In this document: in pieces, positions 29,984-42,544 of the stretch
Numbering within the stretch: the stretch's first letter is position 1
Layout of the letters: the number at the start of each line of letters is the position of its first letter
Assembly: GCA_963749155.1 (NCBI GenBank)
Contig: CAVVLO010000002.1
Location: forward strand, 1,344,001 to 1,408,000
DNA length: 64,000 bases
From: an uncultured Armatimonadia bacterium
GTDB taxonomy: Bacteria > Armatimonadota > Zipacnadia > CAVVLO01
Reading direction: 5' to 3'
The notes under the pieces: generated by a model
Told to the model about the DNA's origin: nothing
Seen by the model: the letters and a program-made list of their open reading frames with translations, nothing else
Databases searched by the model: none
Position numbers and translations under genes: made by a program

Positions 29984-32942
29984 GCTGCACCAGCGACAAG
30001 TCGTCCAGGTAGAAGACCGCCCGCTGGCCGGCGGGGCCGTGGTGGCCGCCCCAGCCTATCATCAGCCTTACAACCTGGTCTGGGTCGAACTGCCCGTTGT
30101 CGTCGGGCGCGCTCCAGAGGCCCCAGGACGCCTGTCTGAAGGGCAGCAACGCTCGCTCCCAGCCTGGCCTGCTGGTCATCCGGAATACAGGTGTGATGTA
30201 AGCCGAACCGTTTTTTTCTACATACTGCACCTGAAGCTGCTGATTGCTCTCGGCGCCCTGAGGCACATAAGTCCATAGCTCCAGCGCGTCGTAGTTGCCC
30301 AGGTTCGCTCTTGTGAGAGTTTCCAGTGTGGGGAAAATCCAGTGGTCGGCCTTCCCATCGGTTAAGACGGTCGCCACCTCGAGGCTGGCGTTGCCCGAAT
30401 GGAAAGTCGTGGTCGAACGCCTTATTGTGGCCTCGAGGCCAGTCGAGTTGTTGGGCCCAAAAGGTTGATCCTGCTCGAAATCCTCGAGTACCAGGCGCTC
30501 TGCTGGCTCGATATCGCTGCCCAGAGGCAGATACCAGACCTTCGCCACATCGCGCGGCTTGCCGGCAAGCACAAGCTCAGCTGACACGACGTATTCTTCC
30601 CCCTGCAGCACCTTTGTGGGGGTGAAGCGATAAAGCTGTGTGGAGTCTGAATTCGCTGCTACTTCAAACTGGGCTGGGCCACCTTCCACCAGTTGCCAGT
30701 GCTCTGGCAGCGTGACCGCCAAGGTACACTGGGCAGGACTGCTGCTCCAGTTGTGAACGATAAAGGCGATGGACTCTTCCTGACCCGGCATACAGTGCAG
30801 GGCGAGTTTCTGGGCCATTATCTCTGGCTCTGCCGGCAACGGTTTTTCAGGACGTGTCTCGGCCTGAAGCCAAATCTTCAGCTCCTCCGCAACCGGAGCT
30901 GGGTCTGGTTGATACTTCGGAGTCGTCGCAGGTGCTGTAAGGCGCTCGCGCAGGCTTTCCGAGAGCCCCCGGATGAACACTGGCTCGGGGCCAAGCTGCA
31001 CGGCAGCAGTGCCTTCGCGCAGCGAAGCCACCTGGTTGCCCATCGCATCTACAACCGTTGCGCCGGCCCCGACTGGCACAGGTAGTACCTCCTGCCCACT
31101 GCTCCAGGCCACCGCCATCAGGTCGCCAGGGGCGCGCTCGAACACCACCAGCCAGGCGCCGTCCTGCCTCAGATAGCCAACAGGCTTGCACTGCCGCGTC
31201 TGGCGGATCAGATTGCCCAACGCCACGAAAGCCGGCTTGGGTGAGAGGTCATCTCGCAGCAGTCCCCAAAGCGACAGGCCCGCCTCGTGGAAATTGCACA
31301 GGTAAAAATAGTGGAACTTCTCCAGCCCCGCCATCAGCCCGCAGGTATAAGCGCGCAGCAGATAGCTGACCGCGTCTGCCTCGGAGGCCGTGTAGGTGCC
31401 ATCGGCTGCTGGAGTGGAGCGGAAGCCCATCTCGGTCATCCACACAGGCGCCTCGCGTCCCACCGCGGCCATCAACTCACGGTCCTCTTCTATAAGCTGC
31501 AACTGGCCCTCAGGCGCGCCATAACTATGCTGGTTGAAGATGTCGAAATACGGCCCGCAACCGCTTTCCAGAGTCTTCTGCCAGAACTCTGCTCCAGAAC
31601 ATCTGCGAGCCAAGCAGGACGCCGAAAGTGGGATCTGCCACTTTGCATCCGAGATATCCCGCCTTCACGATGGCGGTGTAATCCCAAACCGACCCGGCGA
31701 AGAAGCCGATGTCCGGCTCGTTCCACAGCTCGAAATAGCGGATTGGCTCGCCCAAATCACGTACCAGATTGTAGGTATAGTCGTAGACGCCCCGAGCCTC
31801 CTTGGGCGGTTGATTCCACAGCGGAGTCGGATTTTCGGTAGGCCTGCCAAGCCAGCCAGGCATACTGTGGAAGATCTGATACACAGTGAAGCCATATTCC
31901 TGCTGGATGCGCGCCCACTCGCCATAGCGTCCCCAGTCGAAAACGCCAGGCGCGGGATTCACATCGTTCCAGGTCATCCTGTCGCGCAGCTGCCTCAGAC
32001 CGATATACTGGGCGGCGTGACAGGCGGTGCGGAAACGGTCCTCGGTGGATAGGACCAGCTCATCCCCGCATCACAGGCGATGGGATAATCCGGCCCCGGC
32101 TCGAAATCCAGCACCGGGAGTACGCCAAGACTGCGACTGGTTGTAGCGGGGGCAAGGCCTTCGCCTGTGGCCTCTAGCAGCACTTCAAAATAGCCGGTTG
32201 GCTGACCTGGCAATTCGATTGGAGCCTGCCCGCTACCCGCCCCAAGCGTAATCTCGACTTCGGTCTCAGCAAGCTGCTGGCGCTTGTAATCCACCAAACG
32301 GGCGACGACCTTCGCGCCTTCAAGCTCCTGGGGAGCGCCTTCGAGGCCAACCGTATATTTTATCGCAGCCAGGGGCGCATAGAGAGCCGCTTCTGCAGTG
32401 CTACTAGCCCAAAGTGAGAGGCTGGCTGCAATCGAAGGCGCGGCAAGAGAGAGCTGGCCACTGGCGCCACTGGTCGCAAAAAAGCCGGAAGGGGTGACTT
32501 GAGCGGCTAAGGCTGCCTGGGTCGCTCCCTCTGGCGCTTCAGCCCAAAGCCCCTCCGGCGCCCAGTCACGGCCGAGGAAAAGCAAAGGGCCCCAGGCCTC
32601 GCCCACCTGCTCGCCAGCGGCATCCAGCCAGACAAGCCCTAGTCGTCCATAGGCCTGGTTGAGGGAAGTCTTCACCAGCGCCTCGCCCCGATACGTCCGG
32701 CCTGGAATCACCGGGGTGAAAACCAACTGGCCGGCGCCAAGTTCCCAGCGCCCTGCTGTCAGCACCAGAGCAGTGCTGCCCCCTGGCGCAGCTGCTTCTT
32801 CCACCCAGGCCAAATCAGCCAGATTTCGGTCCTCTGGCCCAGTGATGAGCCAGTCGCCTCCAGGTCCCGCCAAAGTCATCGAGAATCCCACCCCCGCGCT
32901 CAAGCCCAGGACGATTAGAAGAAACTCCAAAACGTGCCTCAT
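29964..32942 (-). CDS. Secreted clan-A glycoside hydrolase (GH39-like) with CBM-like domains (about 2 frameshifts)
   Basis: Signal peptide MRHVLEFLLIVLGLSAG. FELWNEPD (acid/base), FDIFNQHSY, VWMTEMG (nucleophile) and WGLLRDDLSPKP across three tiled ORFs. Confidence 0.72.
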
Positions 32943-33042
32943 AACGATGCTCCTCTGGTGGGGGGCGAGGGTAACACTCCCGCACTTATCCAGCCCTTGA
33001 TTTGCTTCGCCTTTGGTTGGCCAGTTCCCCCCACGACCACCC

Positions 33043-33073
33043 AAAACAAGACCCCGGGCCTAAGCCCGGGGTC
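33043..33073 (-). terminator. Intrinsic terminator of the SLH-porin gene
   Basis: Minus strand GACCCCGGGC-TTAG-GCCCGGGGTC-TTGTTTT. Confidence 0.8.
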
Positions 33074-33099
33074 CAGTAGCGGTCGGATTGGTTGGTCGT

Positions 33100-34866
33100 C
33101 TAGAACAGGACGTCGATGGAACCCGAGAAGTAATCGCGGGTATCGTCGAACATATCGAAGTCTGCCCGGCCATAGGTAACGGTTGCGTCCACACCCTCCG
33201 CAAGCGGATGGGTGAGCTGGATCTGATAGATGTTTACGTTATCAGTCTGCGCGGGACCCCACGGAGTGAGCTGTACCGTAGAGTCATCCCAGGGATTGTA
33301 TTGACGCCAGCCAAGCATGACATCGGTGTTGCCGAAGCGCTTGTTGAATTCCGCGGCCCAAATCTGGCTGCCAGCAATTGGCATTGCGTCGTTGAACAGC
33401 AGATAATCCCAGTTAAGCCCGCTGTATTCGACGTACCAGTTGTAGGGAACGATGGAAGTAAGCTGCGGGATGTAGTTCTCCTGCGCCTGGCCCCAGGACA
33501 AGGTCAAGCAGGCATCGCCCGGCTCCTTGTCGCCCTTGTAAAGCCCAAGGCGGGCCAGCATAGCCTGGTTCTCATTGTCGGGCTCGTAGCCGTTGGTGTC
33601 CTTCTGCAACTCGCCGAATTCGAAGCAGGCATCGGCCTTGAGGCCGAAGAAGGGGATACTCATCCCAGTATACTGGGCATCGAGACCCCAGCGCTCTTCA
33701 CTGTTAACCGCGTTGGGAACATAGCTTGCGCCTACGTTGAAGCGGCTGGAAACCTGCCAGCCAAGCCGACCATAGCCGATAGGATCGTTGTTGTCGTAGA
33801 TGGTGCCCCACATTGCTGTAAGGTCCACATCACCGAAGTCGAAGTTTGCTTTGGCCGACTCGAGCGGGTACAGGTCGTTGTCGAAGACTAGGCCGCACAG
33901 CGACTTGTGGAACTGCTGGCCCATACGGATGTGCGTGTCACCGAGCCAGTTGTTGTCGAATTCGAGCCACGCTTCGTGGATGTATGTGCCCCTGGTATCC
34001 CAGTCGTAGGTGCGGTCAGGACGCCAAATCTGGATGTGACCAGGCACACCCTCGGCGATGAAACCATCAACATTGATTTTGACATCCATATTGCTGAACC
34101 GCTCCCAGCCATATGGGAAGAAGCCCTTCGAAGGCGCGTTTCCGACCTCTTCGATCCACCGGAAATCATACAGTTCAGCCGAACCGGCGCGCCAGATGAT
34201 ATTGCCAGTTACTTTGTCGGGCTTGTTCTCGAGGGCGGTAACGCGGCCATCAAGAGCAGCCAGTCTGGCTTCGAGTTGATCGACCCGGTACATCAGGTCA
34301 TCGACGTCTACGCCAAGCTGCTGCAAGTCTCTGCGGAACTCGGTTACGAGCCCGTTTACATAATCCTGAGTGACCAGATTGCGCACCGCTGCATCAATCA
34401 TCGCTTGCGCTTCGGCTTTGGTTACGCCAGGGCTCATACCCGCCAGAGCATCTTTTGCGGCCTGCGCGCCAGCGGCAGCGGCAACCTGCTTTACCTGGTC
34501 GAGGGTCATGTCAAAGGTGGGCAGCTTGAGGCCTGCAACCGCTTTGGCAGCCTCGTCTCGCGCGATTGCACGAGCGGCGGCGGAGTCTACTCCAGCCTCC
34601 AGGGCCGCGGTCTTCTCGTCTACGTAGTTCTCGAGATAGTGAAGCAGCTTCACCGTGGCTTCTGCAAACTCGTACCGGGTAAGCGTCCGCTGGCCCCCGT
34701 AAGTTCCATCGGGGTAACCCTGGAGAATGCCGATGTCGGTGAGTTCGTCTACCGCATCGTAGGCCCAGTGAGTAAAGGGCACATCAGGCATATCCTTTGC
34801 GAAGGCAGGCACGAGGAGGCAAAGCACGGTAATTACGAGGAGCAGTGAAAGCACTTTGGCTTTCAT
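33100..34866 (-). CDS. SLH-domain outer-membrane porin (OmpM/SlpA-like tether)
   Basis: Signal peptide. SLH motif DVPFTHWAYDAV...GYPDGT...TRYEFA, a coiled coil, then a beta-strand-rich region ending in terminal Phe. Confidence 0.85.
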   Translation of the reverse strand: MKAKVLSLLLVITVLCLLVPAFAKDMPDVPFTHWAYDAVDELTDIGILQGYPDGTYGGQRTLTRYEFAEATVKLLHYLENYVDEKTAALEAGVDSAAARAIARDEAAKAVAGLKLPTFDMTLDQVKQVAAAAGAQAAKDALAGMSPGVTKAEAQAMIDAAVRNLVTQDYVNGLVTEFRRDLQQLGVDVDDLMYRVDQLEARLAALDGRVTALENKPDKVTGNIIWRAGSAELYDFRWIEEVGNAPSKGFFPYGWERFSNMDVKINVDGFIAEGVPGHIQIWRPDRTYDWDTRGTYIHEAWLEFDNNWLGDTHIRMGQQFHKSLCGLVFDNDLYPLESAKANFDFGDVDLTAMWGTIYDNNDPIGYGRLGWQVSSRFNVGASYVPNAVNSEERWGLDAQYTGMSIPFFGLKADACFEFGELQKDTNGYEPDNENQAMLARLGLYKGDKEPGDACLTLSWGQAQENYIPQLTSIVPYNWYVEYSGLNWDYLLFNDAMPIAGSQIWAAEFNKRFGNTDVMLGWRQYNPWDDSTVQLTPWGPAQTDNVNIYQIQLTHPLAEGVDATVTYGRADFDMFDDTRDYFSGSIDVLF

Positions 34867-35235
34867 AAGCGATCAGCCTCCCAAGACTAATAACTGAGGG
34901 TCTCCGCTTTCCAAAGCAAACTTGCCAGAGTTTCCAGGTTGCCTTTGGTTCGGCTTGCTTTGAATCTGGTCACAGTACAAGTAACAAACAAGACGCTCTC
35001 TCCTCCGAAAAGGAGGGTGCCTTACTGCCACCAGTCGAAGCCCTTGTTCTTACTATTAAAGTTTATTGCGGAATCGCAACTTGGTCAACCGAGTTTGCGC
35101 CCATATCACAAACAAATTGACTTTATATCGGCCTATTTGTTTTCCTTCGAGTTTACCCAGACAGGAGAAGTCGCCAGGTTCGCTAATATGGTAATATATA
35201 TTGCTGTGTTTATCTCATGAATTGCGAGGTGGAGC

Positions 35236-35886
35236 ATGCAACGCCGCCGCGGCTTCACGTTGATCGAGCTTATGGTAGTCATCGCCATTATTTCCATCCT
35301 GGCGAGTATTTTGTTTCCAGTCTTCTCCAAGGCCAAGGACAAGGCGCGCAGTACCGCGTGCCTGGCTAACCTGAAGCAGATTGGCACTGCCACCTTGATG
35401 TATACCCAGGATTGGGATCAGACCTTCCCCCTGTCCTGGAATACGGAATACAATGGCAGTTGGGTGAATACCTGGCGTCATGGGGTGCAGCCCTATATAG
35501 ACAACTACGATATTTATACCTGCCCAGGGCAACCTGACCTTGCGTATGACCTCAATACTTACAATGGCCCTGACTTCACCGGTTATGCCATCAACAATAC
35601 TTATGCCGGCTTCGGCGATGCCCGTTCGGGCCCCGCTGGCAAGCACGAGGCCGCCATCCACCGGCCTTCTCTTACCATCCTTTATATGGATTTTAATGGC
35701 TGGTTTGAGGTGACCTGGCAATACCAGGCGCTCGAGGTCTGGAGTTATCTGCCCAGGCGCCATATGGATGGGCTCAACATCACTTTCTGTGATGGGCACA
35801 CCAAGTTGCTGAAACCCGAGCAAATCCAGACTGACGAGATTGGCAGTAGTTATCTGTCCAACTGGTGGACCATCGAGGAAGACTAA
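35236..35886 (+). CDS. Prepilin-type N-methylation domain protein with H-X9-DG motif (DUF1559-like)
   Basis: GFTLIELMVVIAII, CLANLKQIG and RHMDGLNITFCDGH. Confidence 0.88.
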   Translation: MQRRRGFTLIELMVVIAIISILASILFPVFSKAKDKARSTACLANLKQIGTATLMYTQDWDQTFPLSWNTEYNGSWVNTWRHGVQPYIDNYDIYTCPGQPDLAYDLNTYNGPDFTGYAINNTYAGFGDARSGPAGKHEAAIHRPSLTILYMDFNGWFEVTWQYQALEVWSYLPRRHMDGLNITFCDGHTKLLKPEQIQTDEIGSSYLSNWWTIEED

Positions 35887-36788
35887 TGGCCTCTCCCAAA
35901 GAGGCGTCTGGCCAAGGCCGCCCTCCTTGCTGGCTGGTGGAGGCCCGACCTCGTCCAGTTGTAAATCCCAAAACCGCCGAGCGCCTGCATCAATATGGTA
36001 TCGCCACCATCTGCGAGGCTGCTCTCTGTCCAAATCTGGGCGAATGCTCAAGCGCTGGCCAGGCGACTTTCCTCCTGATGGGCCCTGCCTGCAGTCGAAA
36101 TTGCGGATTTTGCTCTGTGCCAAAAGGCGCCCCGGCTCCACTTGATGAGACCGAGCCCCAGCGCGTTGCCCAGGCTGCTGTCGAACTCGAACTCGATTAT
36201 GTCGTCCTTACTTCCACAACGCGTGACGATCTGCCTGACGGGGGCGCATCGGTTTTTGCCCGGACACTGGCTTGTCTGCAGAAGCAATTGCCCAAGGTGC
36301 TGGTGGAAGTGCTTGTGCCAGATTTTCAGGGAGATGAAACTGCCCTGGATACGGTGCTGGAAGCTGGCCCGGTAGTACTCAATCATAATGTCGAGACTGT
36401 GCCTGCCTTGTATCCGACAGTCCGGCCTGGCGCAGATTTTGACCGCTCCCTTCGCTTGCTTGCCCAGGCCAGGCAACTGCGCCCCGATATTATTGTCAAA
36501 TCAGGACTGATGGTCGGCCTGGGTGAAAGTGAAGCCCAGCTCTGTCAAACTTTCGAGGCCCTGGCCCAGGCGGGCTGCCAGATTGTCACTATCGGTCAAT
36601 ATCTAAGACCCACCGCCAGGCAGCTTCCTGTGGTCAGATACTATGAACCTGAAGAATATCCACGCCTTGCAGAACTAGGCCGGGCCGCGGGTCTGGAGGA
36701 AGTACTGGCTGGCCCCTTCGTGCGCAGCTCGTGGCGGGCGAAACAGACTTTTGAGAGCCTCGCGCGCAAGGGGCATCCCACCTGCTAA
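35886..36788 (+). CDS. lipA: Lipoyl synthase
   Basis: CEAALCPNLGEC, CSRNCGFC, NHNVETV, KSGLMVGLGE, GQYLRP and VRSS. Confidence 0.92.
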   Translation: MASPKEASGQGRPPCWLVEARPRPVVNPKTAERLHQYGIATICEAALCPNLGECSSAGQATFLLMGPACSRNCGFCSVPKGAPAPLDETEPQRVAQAAVELELDYVVLTSTTRDDLPDGGASVFARTLACLQKQLPKVLVEVLVPDFQGDETALDTVLEAGPVVLNHNVETVPALYPTVRPGADFDRSLRLLAQARQLRPDIIVKSGLMVGLGESEAQLCQTFEALAQAGCQIVTIGQYLRPTARQLPVVRYYEPEEYPRLAELGRAAGLEEVLAGPFVRSSWRAKQTFESLARKGHPTC

Positions 36789-36797
36789 ACTGGAGTT

Positions 36798-39700
36798 ATG
36801 GCGCGCAAGTTTCGACTGCTTATCAACGCGCTACTCGTGCTGGCAGCCTTCATGGTGGTGCTGGCGCTTACTTTGCTGGCCAATCGCGAGCGACTTTTCG
36901 AGCTTGCCACCAAATCGCTTATCACCGCGCTCCAGCAGCAGGGGGGCCTGAGGGTCTCGTATTCTGCCCTTGAGGGCAATCCCCTTACTGGACTAACTCT
37001 GACCGATCTCGAAATCCACTCTGACCTGGGCACGACCCCTAGCCTCACCGCGGGCCGGGCCAAAATCCATTATCCCCTGGCTAATCTGCTGCGCGCCGAA
37101 GCGCCTGGGCGGCTTGCTCTCGAACTGGAACGTCCTCAGCTTCAGCTCAGGCGGTTGGCCGATGGACGTCTCCAGGGCGCCGAATTATTGAAACGTTTCC
37201 AGCTTGGCGAAAAACCTGCTCGCCCGATGGAACTCTCCTTCCAGCTCAGCGAAGGCTCTCTTATCTTGCTGGATGAGCAACTTGGGACTCCCAGGAAACC
37301 AGCCCGCCTTGTACTGACCAAATTGGCGGGAGGCTTCAGCCTGGCCCCTGAGGGGGGCTGGGAGATTGACCTTTCTCATGCGAATTTCGAAGGCGCCGAG
37401 CTTTCGGCGGATGCCTTTGGCGACCTGCGCACCGGCGCGGGCGCGACCAGTTTCCGAGTCAGCGACCTGGCCGCGGGCGACTGGTGGCGCTTCGTCGATT
37501 TGCCCCAAGAGCTGAAGATTACCGGAGGACTGGTCACTGGCAAGGGTTCGATTTCCTGGCAGGCAGGTGCCAGGCCTGTCTATTCTGTCGAGGCTAGTGT
37601 CCAGAACGCTACAGGTAGCTATGCCGGCTCTCGGACTGAAGGGCCGGATACGCGCTGACTTTGCGCTGACGCCAAGCGCTCTTCGCCTCTCGCGCCTCGA
37701 AGTAGCAACACCTCAAGGCAACGCGCTTGCCAGGCTGCAGTTCCAGTTTGGCAAGCCTTTTGCGCTGGAGGGCACCGCCCAGCTTGCCTCGGTAGAACCC
37801 GCCTGGGCGCTTGCTCAGGCCAGGGGCTGGGGACTGGATACCGCTCTCTATGCCCCCAAGTCCACTGGCAAGTTACGCGGACTAGCGAAGTTCTCCTATG
37901 GCCCAAAGGGGCTCCAACTAGAGCTTGATACTACGCTGCCCCGCACTGACTTTTCAGTGCGCCAGGTCGGCTCGCTTCGCCTCGAGTCGACACAGGCTGC
38001 GTTAAGTCTTGGCTGGCGCCAGGGCCAGCCGGTGACCTATGCGGCAGGCTTGCCAGCCATCAAAGTGCGCGCGCTCGGGCTGGAGGCTCAGCGGCTTCAC
38101 CTGCAGCCGACCACCCGGCCTTTACTCGAAGGGAAGCTGCTGATTGGCAGTTCTCCCAGTGGGCCGAAGCTTCGGTTTGATGGGAAACTCAAAGGCCTGG
38201 CTACCGAATATGGTTCGGTGCGGGCAGTTGAACTGGAGGGAGAACTGATCGCTGGCCGGCTGGCGCTGAACGCAAGCAAGCTGGAAGGCCTTGCCTTCGG
38301 GGGAACAATCGAGGCTCGCGGTACGCTTGCCTTGGCTGATATCAACGACCCCCATCCTGTCGTCGAAGCGGCTTATACCCTCGAAGGGGGACAGCTCGAA
38401 CGCGTTGCAGCGCGCTTTTGGCAAGAGGGGGAGCTGGTCGGACGCGCCAGAGCCGAAGGGGTTTTCTCACTGGATGGCAGCCAGTGGGAACTGGATTTCT
38501 CCGCTGCCGCCGATGAGACAAAACTCCAGCAGCTTGCTCTCAGCAAAGTGACAGCGCTTGGTCAGCTAACCAACTACGGGCCTGCTGCTTACAGCTTTCG
38601 ATGCCAACCTCGACCAGGCGAGGCTAAGCGCCGAGGGGAGTTATGCCTTTTCGGGCGATTTCGCCGGCAAGGCGCATTTCCAGCAATTACCTTTCGAGGC
38701 TCTCGCACCTCTCTTCGAGGCCCCCTCTCAGGCCCAGAAGGACCTGAAGGGCCTCTTCAGCGGCACGCTGGAGGCTGCCGGCCAGGCTGAAGAGTGGCAG
38801 CAGGCCGCGGGAACTTTCTCCCTGGCTGGCCTTCAACTCGACTACCAGGGCTACAAGCTCGATGCGATCTCGCTCGCTGGCAAGCTGAGCGAAGGCACAG
38901 CCGAACTTACCGAAGGCAAGCTGGTCAAAGGGCTTTCTCAGGCTACAGTACTGGGGACACTCGAGGACCTGTTCGCAGGCAAAGAGGCGACTCGGCTCGA
39001 TCTGACTGTGACCTCGCCAGCGCTGTCGGTGAGTGAACTCTTGTCGATCAGCCTCGAGGACAAGCCTCTGCCTGATGTAACCGGCGTGCTGGAGCTAGCG
39101 GCTACCATCAGTGGCACTCTGGCCAGACCCGTTGGCGAGTTAACTGCCCAGGCCAAAGGGCTACAGGCATACGGAGAAGTGTTTAGCCTGGCCAGGGCTG
39201 CCTTCGACTTCAGCCCTGCCGAGGTTGTAGTGAAGGAAGTTTTCGCTGAAGCAGTCGGGGGAGGCTCCCTTTCGGCTGAGGGACGTATCTATTATCCACT
39301 GGACGACTTCGCCAATGTAAGTGTGGCCTTCGATATAGAAAAGTTGTCACTAGCTGGACTCTCGATCCCTCGCCTTCAAGAGTATTCGCTTGCCGGCGCT
39401 GTTGAAGGCGAAGGCCGGGTCGATGGTCTGCTGCGCGAGCCCGAAGTCACGGCCAAACTTGCAGTGACAGAGCCTGCCGTCCAGGGCGAACGGTTGCCCC
39501 TCGTGACGGCTGACCTGCTTTGGAAGCCCGTCCAGCAGACCCTGGTGGCGAAGAGTCTTGAGGCCGAAGTGGGCTCTGGCCAACTTATCAAGTTAACCAC
39601 TGGTCAGGCTGATTTCAAGACAGAACAATTGCTTCTGGAAGGCAGCCTGGCTACCTTGCGAGAAGACGGCCTGGAGCGGCTAGTTCGCTTTTCGACCGCT

Positions 39701-41845
39701 ACCCTTAAAGGGGTTCCGACAGGGCTTGGCCTGCCCTCAAAGGCCAGGCTTGAGCTGAAGGGAGAGTTTCATCTCGAAGGCGACTTCGCTTCGCCTGCAG
39801 CGAAGGTGCAAATCGCCTCCCTCACCTCGGCTGTTGGCGAGGTGCTATTGCCGCCACTGGCAGGTTCTCTGACTCGCGTCGCCTCGGGCCAGGTAGAGAC
39901 CGAGTTGCACGCGCAGGGGCTGCGCGCCCTGGCCGAGGTTAAGGCGACACTGCGTCCTGATGGGGGCTTGCTCGGTTCGACCAGTGTCGCCGCGCTGGAC
40001 CTGGCTTTGCTGCGAGAACTCTTCGGCCTGTCGGTAAGGGGGATGGTCAAAGTCGATGGCCAGCTTGGGGGCTCTCTGGAGCGTCCCCGCCTCGAGCTTG
40101 CGTTGCTCTCGAAAGGACCGAGTTTCCGCGGGGTGCAGGTTGACGAAATCAGAGTTGGCAAATTGATTCTGTCGGAGGGAAAGCTGCAAGTAGACGAGTT
40201 GGTCACGAGCCTGGAAGGGGGCCAGGTTCGCCTGAATGGAGAGACAGATTTCCACTGGGGCGCGCCCTGGGTACCCAAAGAGGCGCCACTCAAAGCCAGA
40301 CTCGTCGTCGACAAACAACCGATATATCCCATCTTGCAACGACTTGGGCAAAGCACTCTCTATGCCGGCGATCTTAATGGAGAGCTGGTAGCAGGGGGCA
40401 CGGTCAGGCATCCGAGCGCCGCGGGAGAGCTGTCTTTGACCGATGGGCAGGTGCTCATCAGTGATATTGGCGCGCTCTCCCAGGTGGAGGCCCATCTGGC
40501 CGTAGAATCACTGGGAGGCGCCTCGACTGAAGGCATCCCTCAGCACAGGATAAAGCTGGTCAAAGGCCAGGCCAAACTTGGAGAGGGCCTGTTCGAGGCC
40601 GAAGGCAGCACTGATTTGCTTCACTTCGACGAGGCGTCCCTGCTGCGCAATCCAGTGCAACTCAAAGTCACAGGACGCAGGCTCTGGTTTCCCATTAACA
40701 GCAGTCCTTATGTGACCAATGGCCAGTTTGAGCTGACCGCCGAAGGCAAGGGAGAAGGTCTGGTTACAGTGGCACTGAAGGAGCTGACCGGCAACCTGGG
40801 CGAGGGCACAGTGCGCGCGGGCGGCCAGCTTCAGCTAAGCTCGCTTGAGCCCGTGAAGATATGGAGCAACAAGGTCCAGTTGCTGGCCGAACTTAAAAAC
40901 GCCTCCCTTGCGCTTGGCAATTATGGCAGTGGCAAACTGACTGGCCAGATCGGTCTCGAGACCGTCTTCGCTGGAGAGCGCCCTGTCATCGGCGGCGACC
41001 TGGTGGTGGATGATTTCCAGGCGAAGCTGGGTACTAAAGCCGAGATTGAACCCGCGCCCTGGCCTTTTGCCAGTCTGAGACAGTCACCCAATCTGGATAT
41101 CACTCTGCATACTGGACAGCATGTCGGCTTGAAGCATCAAAGGCTCGAGGTGGCCTTCATTGACTCGGTAGTGCGAGTTACTGGCTCTCTGGATGAGCCG
41201 CTTGTGACAGGCGAGTTGAAGGTCTCTGGGGGAAGAGTTATCTATCCTGTCACTGACATCGAGCTGGAACGCGGCACCGTCCGCCTTGTCGAAGCCCGAC
41301 CCAACACCAACGCCCCTGGCTGGGAGTCTCTGCTTCAGCTCGATTTATTTGCCAGGGCCAGAGTCAGCCAATACCGGATAGAGATGCACCTTTATGGTCC
41401 ACTTGAAGATATGCAGGTGGCGATGACTTCGAATCCGCCTCTTTCTCAGGAGCAGATTTACGCCTTGCTAGGCGGAGCAGCCAACCTCGAGAACCTGCTT
41501 TCGGGCGATTTGGGGGGTAGTCTTGAAAATGAATTGGCGATGTTGCTTGCCAGTGAGGTGCAACTACGCCTTTTCAAAGGAGTCGAAACAGCTCTGCAAG
41601 AAGTACTCGGGCTGGAAGAATTCCGTATAAGATATGATTTCAACCAGAACGCCGAAATCGTAATTGGCAAAGAGTTATTCGACCGGTTCAGAGTACAATA
41701 CACCCGGCTCATAAGCCATGGCACTCTGCCTTCAACCGAGACTTTCAGGCTTTCGTATGAACTTACGCCTAAAATTACCGTCTCCTTTGAGAACAGCGAA
41801 CTGAACCGCCAGACCACTTTTATCGAATATAACAGTCCTTTCTAG
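36798..41845 (+). CDS. tamB: TamB/AsmA-like translocation and assembly protein (about 3 frameshifts)
   Basis: N-terminal TM anchor and long beta-rich repeats. C-terminal TamB-like motifs VTGSLDEP and TSNPPLSQEQIYALL. Upstream of bamA. Confidence 0.75.
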
Positions 41846-41873
41846 TAAAAAGGAGTCGCAACTGAGCGGGGCC

Positions 41874-42539
41874 TTGGCTGTCAAAGAGTTGAAGCTTCTA
41901 GGGAGTCTAGTCTATGATAGCCGCACGACAGTTATGACGCCTGCCGATAGTATCTCTATTGCTGCTGCCCAACGTAGTGGCGTGGTTGCCGTGGCGGATA
42001 AACGACGTCTCTTTGACTCTCTAGTCACAGAATACGAGCGTAAGATCTACAACGTCGCCTACCGCATGCTGGGCGACGCGGAGACTGCTGCCGACGTAAC
42101 GCAAGAAACTTTTATCAATGCTTACCGTCATTTTGAGCAGTTTCGCGGCGATAGCAGCATCAGCACCTGGCTTTATCGGATAGCTTCCAACCTGTGCAAG
42201 AACAAGCTCAAGCAGCGAAAGCGCAGGCAGCAGTTCGAGACACACTCACTCGATGAGACCTTCGAGACCGAAGACGATTATTTGACCACCCAGGTTGCAG
42301 ATAGCAGTCAAGCGCCCGAGACAATTATCAGGCGCAAGGAACTCGGCAGGCAGATAGCCGAGAACCTTTTGAAACTAAAGCCCGAATTTCGTGAAATGGT
42401 AATACTGAGAGACTTGCAACACCTGACCTACGAGCAGATCTGTGAAGTAACCGGACTCAGCCTGCCTGCCGTGAAGTCGAGGTTATTAAGGGCCAGGCGC
42501 GAGTTGCAGAAACTGCTATTACCCTACCTGAGAGGTTAA
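41874..42539 (+). CDS. ECF sigma-70 factor (start uncertain)
   Basis: DVTQETFINAY, STWLYRIASN and region 4 LTYEQI...AVKSRLLRAR. Confidence 0.88.
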   Translation: MAVKELKLLGSLVYDSRTTVMTPADSISIAAAQRSGVVAVADKRRLFDSLVTEYERKIYNVAYRMLGDAETAADVTQETFINAYRHFEQFRGDSSISTWLYRIASNLCKNKLKQRKRRQQFETHSLDETFETEDDYLTTQVADSSQAPETIIRRKELGRQIAENLLKLKPEFREMVILRDLQHLTYEQICEVTGLSLPAVKSRLLRARRELQKLLLPYLRG

Positions 42540-42544
42540 CTAAA